Shown: piece by piece, positions 8,892 through 19,695 of the stretch
How positions within the stretch are numbered: position 1 is the stretch's first letter
How the letters are laid out: every line of letters starts with the position of its first letter
Source of the DNA: an uncultured Clostridia bacterium
Lineage (GTDB): Bacteria; Bacillota; Clostridia; UMGS1810
NCBI GenBank assembly: GCA_934463165.1
Contig: CAKSJG010000016.1
Coordinates: 1 to 64,000, forward strand
DNA length: 64,000 nucleotides
Reading direction: 5' to 3'
Translations under genes and position numbers: made by a program
Notes under the pieces: model-generated
Databases searched by the model: none
Told to the model about the DNA's origin: nothing
What the model saw: only the letters and a program-made list of their open reading frames with translations

Positions 8892-11177
8892 ATGATAAAA
8901 AGGGTAAATGTAAGTATTCAGAAAAGAATGCTTGTGCTTCTTATAGCCGCTGTTGTTCTTCTTGCCGCCATGCTTGTAAGAATAATGTGGATACAGACGA
9001 TTCACGGCAAGGAATACAGTAAAAATGCAGCTTTGCAGCAGACAAAGGATGTTGTTGTATCCTCAAAAAGAGGAACAATTTACGACAGAAACATGAACGA
9101 ACTTGCAAAAAGTGCGTCAGCCGATACCGTAACAATCAGTCCGCGTGAGATTAAAAAAGCAAAAAAGACCGAGGAGGTAACAAACGGTCTTGCCGATATT
9201 CTTAAAATGGATAAAAAGGATGTCGAAAAAATCGTATCACGCGATTCATCTTATGAAATAGTAAAAAGAAAAATAGACAAAAGCGTATCGGACGCTTTGC
9301 GCAAAAAAAATTACCCCGGTGTTACGCTTGTCGAAGACTACAAGAGATATTACCCCGGCGGCAGTCTTGCGGCGCATGTTATAGGTTTTGTCGGCACGGA
9401 TAACCAGGGTCTTTCGGGAATTGAAATGACATACGAAAACTATCTTAAAGGTTTGCCCGGAAGAATAGTAACGGCAAAAAATGCCGCAGGCACAAACATG
9501 CCTTATAAATACGAAAAATTTATAGACCCCGAAAACGGCGTTAACATTGTCCTCACCATAGACGAGGTTATTCAGAGAAAAGCAGAGGACTGTCTGAAAA
9601 AGACAGCCGAGGAATATGATGTTCAAAACGGCGCTGCGTGTATCATAATGGGCGCAAAAACGGGCGAAATTCTTGCAATGGCAACATACCCGACGTATGA
9701 CCTAAACAAGCCGTTTACCGTAGTCAGCGAGAAAGAACGGGAAAAGATAGACGAAGAAGAGGACGATAAGAAAAAGAATCAGATGACGTCCGACGTGCTC
9801 AATAAACAATGGCGAAACAAGGCCGTTGTTGACGCGTATGAGCCGGGTTCTACGTTTAAATCCATGGTTGCGGCAATGGCTCTTGAAGAAAATGTCGTAA
9901 GCCTTAACGAAGAATTTGTCTGCACGGGTTCTCTCCGCGTTGCGGACCGCGATATAAGCTGCGCAAACACCTCAGGTCACGGAAACGAAACATTTGTAAA
10001 AGGTGTTCACAATTCCTGCAACCCCATGTTTATGACGGTCGGCGCGAGGCTCGGAACTCAAAGATTTTATAAATATTACAAGGCGTTCGGATTCGGTGCG
10101 AAAACGGGATTTGACCTCCCGGGTGAAGCTCTCGGTTCGTTTTATGCAATGAAGAATTTTAACGAGGTTGAGCTTGCAACATCGTCGTTCGGTCAGGGCT
10201 TTACGGTTACTCCGCTTCAGCTTATAACCGCATACACGGCAATAACAAACGACGGAATGATGATCAGACCTCATCTGATAAAAGCGTTGTCCGATGATAA
10301 CGGCAATATAATCAAAAATTACGAGCCCGAAAAGATCAGGCAGGTTGTAAGCAAAGAAACTGCAAACACCGTCTGCAAAATACTTGAGGGCGTTGCTTCA
10401 GAGGGTACGAGTAAAAATGCATATATAGACGGTTACCGCGTTGCCGGCAAAACCGGTACGAGTGAAAAAATCCCGAGAGGAAACGGCAAATATGTTGCTT
10501 CTTTCGTGGGTTTTGCCCCGGCTGACGATCCCGAGGTTATATGCTTGCTTATGTTTGACGAACCGATGAAAGGCTCTCACATGGGCGGTCAGGTAGCGGC
10601 TCCGGTATTTAAAGAGATAATGTCCGATGTTTTGGTATATCTCCAGGTGCCGAGCACAAGTGCAGAAGATAACAGCGTTAAATATAACTATGTTCCCGAT
10701 GTAAAGGGCAAGGCTAAGTCAGAAGCGCAAAAGAGCCTTTCCGACAGCGGCTTTAAGGTTAAAATTATCGGCTCGGGTGAAAATGTCGTATCTCAGAGCC
10801 CCGTTGCGGGCACGGCTCTCGGCAGCAATGCTGTTGTGATTCTGTATACTGAGAATACATCCGATGATTATGTCACTGTTCCCGATCTTTACGGAGCGTA
10901 TGCATCGGATGCAAATGTACTTTTGGTAAATGCCGATCTGAACATGAAGCTCAGCTCTGCCGCCGCTGCGGCAAAGAACCTTGTCGGCAATCAGATTCCG
11001 GCGGCGGGTTCGCAGGTGCTGCGCGGAAGCATCGTAACGCTTGAATTTAACTACACGGGCAACCGTGCAACGGATATAAAGACAAAGGTTGAAAGCAAGA
11101 AAAAGACCGATGAAAGCGATGATGAGGATAAACCGTCGGATGAAAAAAACGATAAAAAGACAAAACAGGATGAATAG
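8892..11177 (+). CDS. Class B penicillin-binding protein (FtsI/SpoVD/PBP2B type) with two C-terminal PASTA domains and a charged K/D/E tail.
   Basis: AAAAGGAG RBS 9 nt before ATG 8892. TM anchor. Transpeptidase motifs STFK, SCN, KTGT. Two PASTA-like repeats. Confidence 0.85.
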   Translation: MIKRVNVSIQKRMLVLLIAAVVLLAAMLVRIMWIQTIHGKEYSKNAALQQTKDVVVSSKRGTIYDRNMNELAKSASADTVTISPREIKKAKKTEEVTNGLADILKMDKKDVEKIVSRDSSYEIVKRKIDKSVSDALRKKNYPGVTLVEDYKRYYPGGSLAAHVIGFVGTDNQGLSGIEMTYENYLKGLPGRIVTAKNAAGTNMPYKYEKFIDPENGVNIVLTIDEVIQRKAEDCLKKTAEEYDVQNGAACIIMGAKTGEILAMATYPTYDLNKPFTVVSEKEREKIDEEEDDKKKNQMTSDVLNKQWRNKAVVDAYEPGSTFKSMVAAMALEENVVSLNEEFVCTGSLRVADRDISCANTSGHGNETFVKGVHNSCNPMFMTVGARLGTQRFYKYYKAFGFGAKTGFDLPGEALGSFYAMKNFNEVELATSSFGQGFTVTPLQLITAYTAITNDGMMIRPHLIKALSDDNGNIIKNYEPEKIRQVVSKETANTVCKILEGVASEGTSKNAYIDGYRVAGKTGTSEKIPRGNGKYVASFVGFAPADDPEVICLLMFDEPMKGSHMGGQVAAPVFKEIMSDVLVYLQVPSTSAEDNSVKYNYVPDVKGKAKSEAQKSLSDSGFKVKIIGSGENVVSQSPVAGTALGSNAVVILYTENTSDDYVTVPDLYGAYASDANVLLVNADLNMKLSSAAAAAKNLVGNQIPAAGSQVLRGSIVTLEFNYTGNRATDIKTKVESKKKTDESDDEDKPSDEKNDKKTKQDE

Positions 11178-11205
11178 CCGATAATCAGAAAAGGGGATCT
11201 TTAAT

Positions 11206-12648
11206 TTGAAAATAGAAGAACTTATAAAAAAACTTAATCCGGTTGCCGTATACGGCGAGTCTTGCGCAGACGCGGATTTTGTTACAAACGATTCGAGAAA
11301 ATGCAAAGAAAACTCGGTTTTTGCCGCCGTAAGAGGCTTTGCGACAGACGGGCATAGGTTTATAGGCAAGGCTGTTGAAAACGGAGCCTGCGCGGTTATA
11401 TGCGAGGAGTATAACCCGAGCTTTGACGTTTGCCAGATAGTTGTCGAAAACAGTCGTTGTGCCGAGGCGATTGCGGCAAGCGAAATACTCGGGAATCCGT
11501 CAGAAAAATTTAAGCTTATCGGGGTCACCGGAACAAACGGCAAAACAACAATAACATATCTTGTAAAACACATTCTTGATTCATGCGGATATAAAACAGG
11601 TCTCATCGGCACAAATCAGAATATGATAGGCGACAAAATACTCGAAACCGGCAGAACAACTCCCGATTCCGTAGAGCTTCAGCAGCTTTTTGCAAAAATG
11701 GCGGACGCCGGTGTTGATTTTTGCATTATGGAAGTATCGTCGCATGCGCTTGCGCTTGACAGGGTTTACGGCTGTCACTATGCCGTAGGAGGGTTTACAA
11801 ACCTTACTCAGGATCATCTTGATTTTCACAAAACAATGGATAATTACGCCGCCGCAAAGGCAAAGCTTTTTGAAATATCCGACGCGGCTGTCATAAACAC
11901 CGACGATAAATACGGAAAGAAAATGGCAGAAAACTGCCCCTGCAAGGTCATTGGCTACGGCGTCGAAGCCGATGCCGAGCTTAAAGCGGAGAATATAGAA
12001 TACAGAGCCTCGGGCATTTCGTTTGACGTATCCGGCAAGAGATATCATCTTGCCATTCCGGGTGAATTTTCGGTATATAACGCTCTATGCGCCATAGGTA
12101 TTGCAAAATCTGTCGGCACAGATGATGAGAAAATACGCGAAGCGCTCTCCACGGCGCATGGTGTAAAGGGCAGGGCGGAGGTTGTCCGCACAGATACGGA
12201 TTACACCGTTATAATAGACTATGCCCACACCCCGGACGGAATTGAAAACATTTTAAATGCCGTCCGAGGATTTGCAAAAAAGAGAATAATAATTGTTTTC
12301 GGATGCGGAGGAGACCGCGACAACACAAAACGTCCGATAATGGGTAAAATTGCAGGCAAGCTTGCCGATTTCTGTGTTGTTACAAGTGATAACCCCCGAA
12401 CCGAAGACCCCATGAGAATTATAAAAATGGTTGAAGACGGAGTTAAAGAGAGCGGATGTGACTACGTTGTCATCGAAAACCGCCGTGAAGCAATAAAATA
12501 TGCCATGGAGCATGCACATGCCGATGATATTATAGTCCTTGCGGGAAAAGGTCACGAAACATATCAGATTTTAAACAGCGGAACGATACATTTTGACGAG
12601 CGTGAGGTTGTCCGCGATATTTTGAATAAAAGGGGAAATATAAATTGA
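11206..12648 (+). CDS. murE: UDP-N-acetylmuramoyl-L-alanyl-D-glutamate--2,6-diaminopimelate ligase MurE.
   Basis: TTG start after AAAGGGGA. P-loop GVTGTNGKTT. DNPR motif typical of mDAP-adding MurE. Confidence 0.9.
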   Translation: MKIEELIKKLNPVAVYGESCADADFVTNDSRKCKENSVFAAVRGFATDGHRFIGKAVENGACAVICEEYNPSFDVCQIVVENSRCAEAIAASEILGNPSEKFKLIGVTGTNGKTTITYLVKHILDSCGYKTGLIGTNQNMIGDKILETGRTTPDSVELQQLFAKMADAGVDFCIMEVSSHALALDRVYGCHYAVGGFTNLTQDHLDFHKTMDNYAAAKAKLFEISDAAVINTDDKYGKKMAENCPCKVIGYGVEADAELKAENIEYRASGISFDVSGKRYHLAIPGEFSVYNALCAIGIAKSVGTDDEKIREALSTAHGVKGRAEVVRTDTDYTVIIDYAHTPDGIENILNAVRGFAKKRIIIVFGCGGDRDNTKRPIMGKIAGKLADFCVVTSDNPRTEDPMRIIKMVEDGVKESGCDYVVIENRREAIKYAMEHAHADDIIVLAGKGHETYQILNSGTIHFDEREVVRDILNKRGNIN

Positions 12649-14006
12649 TATATCCTACAGAACCGATGACAGCGTCGGAAATTGCAAGGGCATGCAAAGG
12701 CAGACTGATAAGCGGCGATCCCGATTTTAAGTTTACTTCCGTAACGACGGACAGCCGCACGACGGATAGCGGAACTCTTTTCATCCCTCTTAAGGGCGAA
12801 AGGTTTGACGGTCACGATTTTATAAAAAATGTTGTGGATTCGGGTGCGGGCGGCTATATCTTTTCTTCCGGGAAATGCACCCCCGACGGAAAATGCGCTG
12901 CAATAGAAGTAAATGACACTTCGGATGCAATTTTAGATATTGCCGCATACTACAGAAGCCGATTCGGTAACCTTACGGTTATCGGTCTTACGGGCAGCGT
13001 CGGCAAAACCACAACAAAGGGAATGATAGCGTCCGTTTTATCCGAAAAATATAAAACGCACAGCACGGAGAAAAACTATAACAACAATATCGGCGTTCCG
13101 CTGACTCTTTTCGGTCTTAAATCCGACGATGAAGCGGCGGTTGTCGAAATGGGAATGAGCGGCTTCGGCGAAATAAAGGTTTTGTCGGAGTGTGCGCGCC
13201 CCGATATTGCGGTTATAACCAATATCGGCACCTGCCATATTGAATTTCTCGGCAGCCGTGAGGGAATACTGAAAGCGAAATGCGAAATTTTTGACGGGTT
13301 GAAAAAAGGCGGAAAAGTTGTTTTGAACGGTGACGATTCGTATCTTGCGGGTCTTGACGGCAAAACGGAGCTTGACATAACATATGTCGGCATAAAGTCG
13401 GATCTGTGCAGATATAAAGCGGAAAACATCCGTCTTTCGGAATCGGGCGCCGATTTTGAAGCGGACGGAAAAAAATATCATATAAATGTTGCCGGAGGAC
13501 ATAATATATATAACGCTCTTACGGCAATTGCCGTCGGATATATGATGAATATGACATATGAAGAGATAAGAGCGGGTCTTGAAAGCTACAAAAGCGAGGG
13601 AATACGCCAGAATATTATTTCGTACGGCGGCATAAAAATAATAAATGACTGTTACAACGCAAGCCCCGACGCAATGAAAGCCGAGGCTGACGTCCTTGAA
13701 TCGCTTGCTGCAAAAAGAAGAATTGCCGTTCTCGGCGATATGGCGGAGCTCGGCGAAATGGGAGCGGAGCTTCACGGGGATGTCGGCAGATATTTAAACA
13801 AAAAAAATATTGATACTTTGGTAACGGTCGGTTCTCTTGCAAGACACATTGCCGAAAACGCAAAGAATATACCGTCGCATTGCTTTGATGACTGTGACGG
13901 CGCTACAGCGTTTTTAAAATCATATCTTTCAGAGGGAGATGCGGTTTTGATCAAGGCTTCGAGATGCATGAAATTCGAGAGAATATCAAAAGCGCTTTGT
14001 GAATAA
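12645..14006 (+). CDS. murF: UDP-N-acetylmuramoyl-tripeptide--D-alanyl-D-alanine ligase MurF.
   Basis: TTG start overlapping the murE stop (12645-12648). P-loop GLTGSVGKTTTK. Confidence 0.9.
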   Translation: MIYPTEPMTASEIARACKGRLISGDPDFKFTSVTTDSRTTDSGTLFIPLKGERFDGHDFIKNVVDSGAGGYIFSSGKCTPDGKCAAIEVNDTSDAILDIAAYYRSRFGNLTVIGLTGSVGKTTTKGMIASVLSEKYKTHSTEKNYNNNIGVPLTLFGLKSDDEAAVVEMGMSGFGEIKVLSECARPDIAVITNIGTCHIEFLGSREGILKAKCEIFDGLKKGGKVVLNGDDSYLAGLDGKTELDITYVGIKSDLCRYKAENIRLSESGADFEADGKKYHINVAGGHNIYNALTAIAVGYMMNMTYEEIRAGLESYKSEGIRQNIISYGGIKIINDCYNASPDAMKAEADVLESLAAKRRIAVLGDMAELGEMGAELHGDVGRYLNKKNIDTLVTVGSLARHIAENAKNIPSHCFDDCDGATAFLKSYLSEGDAVLIKASRCMKFERISKALCE

Positions 14007-14095
14007 GCGTATAATAAGCATACTTTAACTTCACGGCATACGCAAAAATGTGCGGAGGTTTAAGAGGACAATAACAAAAAAACGAGGTAATAAAA

Positions 14096-15061
14096 TTGAA
14101 CACAAACATACTGATAATATCAATTGTAATTTCATTTGTTGCGGCAATGGTTTGCGCCCCTGTCCTGATACCGATTCTTCATAAGCTTAAGTTCGGTCAG
14201 GAAATACGCGAAATCGGGCCGAGCTGGCACAAAAAAAAGAGCGGAACCCCCACAATGGGCGGATTTATATTTATAATTCCGACGGTTATCTGTACACTTT
14301 TGTTTGTGAGAAACACTTTTGGAGTGTGTCTTATGCTTTTCTCCGTTTCCTTTGCTTTTGTCGGGTTTATCGATGATTACATAAAGGTTGTCAAAAAGAG
14401 AAACCTCGGCCTGACCGAGGTGCAGAAGTTTTTGCTTCAGCTTTTGTTTTCGGTTGTATTTATCGCTGTCTGTGACTACATACTTGACCTCACCGACACA
14501 AAGATATTCATTCCGTTTGCAAAGAAATATGCGGATATAGGCATTTTTTACATACCGCTAACGCTTTTTGTCCTCATAGGAACGACAAACAGCGTTAATC
14601 TTACCGACGGCGTAGACGGTCTTGCGGCAAGCGTTACGGTTGTTGTATGCGCTTTTCTGGCAATACTCTCATACAAATGGGGTTATTATGATGTCACGGT
14701 GTTCAACGGGGCGGTGCTTGCGGCTCTTCTCGGATTTTTGGTTTTCAATCATCATCCCGCAAAAATATTTATGGGAGATACCGGCTCGCTGTTTCTCGGA
14801 GGAGTAGTTTGCTCCTCTGCGCTTATGATGAAAAATCCGCTCATACTCATAATCTGCGGCGGTGTGTATGTTATAGAAACCCTGTCTGTTATAATACAGG
14901 TTACATACTTTAAAAAGACTCATAAAAGAATATTTAAAATGACGCCGATACATCACCATTTTGAAATGTCGGGATGGAGTGAGGCAAAGATAGTCACTGC
15001 AGCAAGCTGCATGACGGCGGTTTTATGTCTGATATCATATTTTGCATGCGTGCAGCTGTGA
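14096..15061 (+). CDS. mraY: Phospho-N-acetylmuramoyl-pentapeptide transferase MraY.
   Basis: TTG start. Polytopic membrane protein. MraY motifs NxxNLTDGxDGL and HHHFE. Confidence 0.9.
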   Translation: MNTNILIISIVISFVAAMVCAPVLIPILHKLKFGQEIREIGPSWHKKKSGTPTMGGFIFIIPTVICTLLFVRNTFGVCLMLFSVSFAFVGFIDDYIKVVKKRNLGLTEVQKFLLQLLFSVVFIAVCDYILDLTDTKIFIPFAKKYADIGIFYIPLTLFVLIGTTNSVNLTDGVDGLAASVTVVVCAFLAILSYKWGYYDVTVFNGAVLAALLGFLVFNHHPAKIFMGDTGSLFLGGVVCSSALMMKNPLILIICGGVYVIETLSVIIQVTYFKKTHKRIFKMTPIHHHFEMSGWSEAKIVTAASCMTAVLCLISYFACVQL

Positions 15062-15103
15062 ATACCGACACCTGATGCGGTATAATCGAAGGAGGAAAGC
15101 AAT

Positions 15104-16216
15104 TTGCCCGGTAAACAGAAAATCCGTACACCTGAAAAGAAAAATAAAATAGACTATGTATTTCTCATTGCCGTTATGTCGCTTTTGTGTTACGGGCTGA
15201 TAATGGTTTTCAGTGCAAGCAGCGCAAATGCTCATTACAGATACAACGACGCATATTATTTCATCAAGAGACAGGCAATATGGGCGGTTGTCGGAGTTGC
15301 CATAATGTTTGTAGCGTCAAGAATACCGTATGACTTTTTATATAAAAATGCCGTAAAAATTCTTGCGGTGAGCGTTGTTCTCCTTATAGCTGTGCCTTTT
15401 GTCGGTGTTTCGGCAAACGGAGCAAAGCGCTGGCTCGGCTTCGGCGCGGTGACGTTTCAGCCGTCCGAGGTTGCAAAGTTTGCGATCATCGTGTTTCTTG
15501 CGCGCAGCTTAAGCGTCAACAAAGACGCCCTCCGTGATTTTACAAAAGGCTTTTTGCCATATGTTGCAATAATCGGAATCGTTGCTTTTCTTGTTGTTAT
15601 AGAGCCGCATCTCAGCGGCGCCATAGTCATTGCGCTCACGGGCTTCATAGTTTTGTGGGCGGCGGGGGCAAAGGTTTCTCACTTTGTTGCCGTGGGTCTT
15701 CCGGCTCTTTGCGCGGCCGTCGCGCTGATGCTTAGTGCAGACTACAGACTCGAACGTGTAACGACGTTTCTTGATCCGTTTAAAAATACGAGTGATGAGG
15801 GCTGGCAGGTTGTGCAGTCTCTGTATGCCATAGGCTCGGGCGGCTTTTTCGGCCTCGGTCTCGGTCAGAGCAGGCAGAAATTTCTCTACCTCCCCGAACC
15901 GCAGAATGACTTTATATTTTCGGTTATATGCGAAGAACTCGGCTTTATAGGCGCTGCGCTTGTCATAGCCCTGTTTACGCTTCTCATATGGCGCGGAGTA
16001 CGCATAGCAATAAATGCGCCGAATAAGTTTGCGTCTCTTCTGGTTATAGGTATAATGGGTCTTATAGCCATTCAGGTAATAATAAATATTGCCGTTGTAA
16101 CCTCATCCGTTCCGGCAACGGGTATGCCTCTTCCGTTTTTCAGCTACGGCGGCTCGTCGCTGGTATTTATCCTCGGAGAGATGGGAGTTGTGCTGTCGAT
16201 ATCTCGCGAAACATAA
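15104..16216 (+). CDS. ftsW: Peptidoglycan glycosyltransferase FtsW/SpoVE (SEDS family).
   Basis: TTG start after GAAGGAGG. SEDS membrane protein with PEPQNDFIFS motif. Confidence 0.85.
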   Translation: MPGKQKIRTPEKKNKIDYVFLIAVMSLLCYGLIMVFSASSANAHYRYNDAYYFIKRQAIWAVVGVAIMFVASRIPYDFLYKNAVKILAVSVVLLIAVPFVGVSANGAKRWLGFGAVTFQPSEVAKFAIIVFLARSLSVNKDALRDFTKGFLPYVAIIGIVAFLVVIEPHLSGAIVIALTGFIVLWAAGAKVSHFVAVGLPALCAAVALMLSADYRLERVTTFLDPFKNTSDEGWQVVQSLYAIGSGGFFGLGLGQSRQKFLYLPEPQNDFIFSVICEELGFIGAALVIALFTLLIWRGVRIAINAPNKFASLLVIGIMGLIAIQVIINIAVVTSSVPATGMPLPFFSYGGSSLVFILGEMGVVLSISRET

Positions 16217-16247
16217 CGGCATTTAATGACTTTGGGAGTGAATAAAT

Positions 16248-17354
16248 TTGAAAATCATATTTTCCGGCGGAGGAACCGCCGGTCACATAAACCCTGCGCT
16301 TGCAATTGCAGATTATATTTCATCTGCCGAAAAAAAAACGGAGATACTTTTTATCGGCACAAAAGCCGGTCTTGAAAGCTCTCTTGTGCCGAAAGCGGGC
16401 TACAATATCGAATATGTCCGCGTTGAGGGTCTCGGAGCAAAACCAAACCTTAAGAATTTAAAGTCTTTTTTTCATATGATGACGGCAAAGAAAAAATGCA
16501 AGAAAATCATCTCGGATTTCGGCGCGGACGCTGTCGTCGGCACGGGCGGCTATGTATGCGCTCCCGCGGTTATGGCGGCAAATTCGCTTTCCGTTCCGAC
16601 TCTCATACACGAGCAGAACGTTTTTCCCGGCAGTGCGGTTAAGCTTCTTTCAAAAAATTCAACCGTTACGGCAATAAGCTTTGAGGAAAGCCGCAAATAT
16701 CTCACGTCTGCAAAAAAAATCCTTTTTACGGGTAACCCGATCAGACCCGAGATTCTGTCGTGCAGCAGAGATGACTCGCGCCGAAAGCTTGATCTTAAAA
16801 ACGAAAAATTCATTGTGATATTCGGCGGAAGCCTCGGAGCGGAAAAAATCAACTCCGTTGCACTGGATTATCTTAAGTCTCTGCAGGGAAAGGGAGGATA
16901 TAAAATTCTTTTCGCAACGGGAAAGAGGAACTATGATTCGGTTTCTGCCGAAGCCGAAAAGCTCGGAATAACAAAGAATAAAAGCATACAGATAGTGCCT
17001 TACATATATAACATGGACGAAGTCATGAGCGCTGCGGATCTTGCAGTATGCCGCTCGGGTGCGATAACCGTCTCGGAGCTTTGTGCTCTCGGTAAGCCCG
17101 CGATACTCATTCCGTCGCCGAACGTCACGCACAATCACCAGGAATACAACGCGCGTGCACTTTCAGATAACGGGGCGGCAATAACCATTCTCGAAAAAGA
17201 CTTCAATGTTTCGGCATTGGATGCCGCCGTGCGTTCAATACTGAAAGACGAAGAATCCATACGCACAATGTCTGCTGCGTCATCAAAAATAAAATCCGTT
17301 GACGCGCTTGAAATTATATATAAAGAACTTAAGAAAATTACCGCCGCGCGGTAA
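16248..17354 (+). CDS. murG: UDP-N-acetylglucosamine--N-acetylmuramyl-(pentapeptide) pyrophosphoryl-undecaprenol GlcNAc transferase MurG.
   Basis: TTG start. N-terminus MKIIFSGGGTAGHINPALA, the MurG G-loop. Confidence 0.9.
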   Translation: MKIIFSGGGTAGHINPALAIADYISSAEKKTEILFIGTKAGLESSLVPKAGYNIEYVRVEGLGAKPNLKNLKSFFHMMTAKKKCKKIISDFGADAVVGTGGYVCAPAVMAANSLSVPTLIHEQNVFPGSAVKLLSKNSTVTAISFEESRKYLTSAKKILFTGNPIRPEILSCSRDDSRRKLDLKNEKFIVIFGGSLGAEKINSVALDYLKSLQGKGGYKILFATGKRNYDSVSAEAEKLGITKNKSIQIVPYIYNMDEVMSAADLAVCRSGAITVSELCALGKPAILIPSPNVTHNHQEYNARALSDNGAAITILEKDFNVSALDAAVRSILKDEESIRTMSAASSKIKSVDALEIIYKELKKITAAR

Positions 17355-17412
17355 CATATAAGCACTCTTTCGCATAATCTGAAATATATTCAGGTACACG
17401 GAGGTGCTTAAA

Positions 17413-18663
17413 ATGAGCCGCTACAAAATCGAAGGCGGTCACAGACTGAACGGAAGCATACACATACACGGTGCAAAAAATGCGGCGCTGCCGATCCTTG
17501 CGGCAACCGTAATCAACGCGGGCAAAAGTGTAATACATAACTGTCCGATTCTTTCGGACGTAAAAAACACCATAGAAATACTTGAATATTTGGGCTGCAA
17601 AGCAGAAATATTCGGCAATGATGTTTATATAGATTCGTCGGATGCCGAATATGTGCGCATTCCGCTTGAGATTATGAATAAAACACGCATATCCACGCTT
17701 TTTGCCGGAGCTCTTTCGGCAAGATTCAAAACCTCATTCATTGCAGGCAGCGGAGGCTGCCATATCGGCTCAAGACCGATTGATATTCATCTTGACGCAT
17801 TCAGAAAAATGGGAATGAATGTTCGCTGCGGTGATGACGGAGTGTATTTCGGCAGTAATGTTTTGCATTCGTGCCGCATAAATCTGCCGTTCCCGTCCGT
17901 CGGTGCAACGGAGAATATAATGCTTGCTGCATCGCGCTTTACGGGTACCGTGCTTATAACAAACGCTGCGCGCGAGCCCGAAATCGTGAATCTTGCCGAG
18001 TATCTCTCGAGCATCGGCGTAAGCATCACCGGTGCGGGAAGCGACACCGTCCTGATACGCGGAACCGGCCGCCCGAAAGACGGCAGCGTCCGCATCATTG
18101 CCGACAGAATAGTTGCGGCAACATATGCATGCTGCACGGCGGCATGCGGAGGCGAGGTTTATACGGATTGTCCGCCGAATATGCTTTCTCCCGTAATTTC
18201 GGTATTGCGCCGTATGGGCGCAAGCGTATTATGCCGTAGCGACGGATTTTATATAAAATCCGATTGCAGATGTAAAAATATTCCGTATATATGCACCGGC
18301 CCTTATCCGAATTTTCCGACGGACTGTCAGCCCCTTATTATTGCACTGATGTCTGTATCGGACGGAACGGGAGCCGTGAGAGAAAAAATATTTGAAAACC
18401 GTTTCGGCCTTTGCGAAAGGCTCAGCGCCATGGGAGCTGACATTGCCGTAAACGGCAGAACAGCCGTTATACGCGGTGTGAAAAAGCTTAAGGCATCCGA
18501 AATCGACGCATGCGATCTCAGGTGCGGAGCAGCTCTTACGGTTGCGGCGCTTGCAGCTGACGGCACAAGCATAATCGGCAATGCTCAGCTTATTGAGCGC
18601 GGTTATGAAGATATATGTGCCGACCTGAAATGCCTCGGGGCAAAAACAGAGAGGATTGACTGA
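17413..18663 (+). CDS. murA: UDP-N-acetylglucosamine 1-carboxyvinyltransferase MurA.
   Basis: ACGGAGGTG RBS, ATG 17413. N-terminus MSRYKIEGGHRLNGSI. Catalytic Cys loop GGCHIGSRPID. Confidence 0.9.
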   Translation: MSRYKIEGGHRLNGSIHIHGAKNAALPILAATVINAGKSVIHNCPILSDVKNTIEILEYLGCKAEIFGNDVYIDSSDAEYVRIPLEIMNKTRISTLFAGALSARFKTSFIAGSGGCHIGSRPIDIHLDAFRKMGMNVRCGDDGVYFGSNVLHSCRINLPFPSVGATENIMLAASRFTGTVLITNAAREPEIVNLAEYLSSIGVSITGAGSDTVLIRGTGRPKDGSVRIIADRIVAATYACCTAACGGEVYTDCPPNMLSPVISVLRRMGASVLCRSDGFYIKSDCRCKNIPYICTGPYPNFPTDCQPLIIALMSVSDGTGAVREKIFENRFGLCERLSAMGADIAVNGRTAVIRGVKKLKASEIDACDLRCGAALTVAALAADGTSIIGNAQLIERGYEDICADLKCLGAKTERID

Positions 18664-18665
18664 CT

Positions 18666-19550
18666 TTGAAAAAAATATCGGACAGTAATTATAATACAGA
18701 TTCGGACCGCGGCTCGGTAAATGACAAAGCTTATTCCGATGTTCCGCTCATCGATGCGGCCGATAAAAGAAAAAGCGGAGCGCCCTATACCGAAAGAAAA
18801 AAAACACGGTATAAAATATCATCTTCAAGGATGAAAGCGGCGGGAATACTTTTTCTTGCCGCCGCTGCGATTCTTCTTATATGCATGTCGCCGATTTTTA
18901 AAATAAAAACGGTTAATGTCAGCGGTAACAGCACAATAAAGACGGAAGAAATAGTCAAGGCTTCGGGCATAAAAAAGGGAGTAAACATTTTTTCGGCAGA
19001 TATGGATTCCGCCAAAAAAAATGTTATGAAAGTCGGCAGAATCAATTCCGTAAGCATAAGCAGATCGCTTCCGGGTAAGGTGACGATCTATGTTGACGAA
19101 CAGACGGAATCCGCATACATAAAAGAAAAAAACGCATATGTCGGCATCGGAACGGATTGCAGAGTTCTGAACACAAACACAAAGGCATCGGAGAACGTCC
19201 CCGTGATAAACGGAGTAACGGCGTCAAATTCAAAAAACGGCGAATTTGTAAAGCTGACCGATAAAGATGCCAAAACAAAGACGGAAATTATCATACGTAT
19301 GCTCACCGAGCTTAAGGCTCAGGACATCCTTACCGATATAAAAACGATAAACATAAAGGATCTGAATGACATAAATCTCACACTCACAACGGATACCCTT
19401 GTAAACCTCGGTTCCGACGGCGAATCGAACGGAGATAAGCTTGAATACAAAATAGCGTATCTCAAAGCAATTCTTGCAAAAATCCCCGCCCAGCAGGGCG
19501 GTGTGATCGAGCTTTCCGATACCGAAAACGTAACAAGCAGAATGTCATAA
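18666..19550 (+). CDS. ftsQ: Cell division protein FtsQ/DivIB (POTRA domain).
   Basis: TTG start 2 nt after the murA stop. TM AAGILFLAAAAILLI, then POTRA-like 'IKTVNVSGNSTI..EEI'. Confidence 0.7.
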   Translation: MKKISDSNYNTDSDRGSVNDKAYSDVPLIDAADKRKSGAPYTERKKTRYKISSSRMKAAGILFLAAAAILLICMSPIFKIKTVNVSGNSTIKTEEIVKASGIKKGVNIFSADMDSAKKNVMKVGRINSVSISRSLPGKVTIYVDEQTESAYIKEKNAYVGIGTDCRVLNTNTKASENVPVINGVTASNSKNGEFVKLTDKDAKTKTEIIIRMLTELKAQDILTDIKTINIKDLNDINLTLTTDTLVNLGSDGESNGDKLEYKIAYLKAILAKIPAQQGGVIELSDTENVTSRMS

Positions 19551-19695
19551 TTCGCTCGGAAATCAAAACCGTAAGAAGTCTAAAATTAAAATTGTTTAAA
19601 TTGTACAAAAATATAAAAAACGTTAAAAAACTATAGCATTCTTGCGGATGTTATGGTATAATAAATTATTAATATGGGATAGAGGAGGAAAAGTC

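Noticed and set aside
10719-11612. 297-aa minus-strand ORF
   Set aside because: It lies entirely antisense to the PBP and murE genes. It has hydrophobic low-complexity composition and no RBS. Shadow ORF.
13038-13775. 245-aa minus-strand ORF
   Set aside because: Antisense within murF, whose coding frame has clear Mur-ligase motifs.
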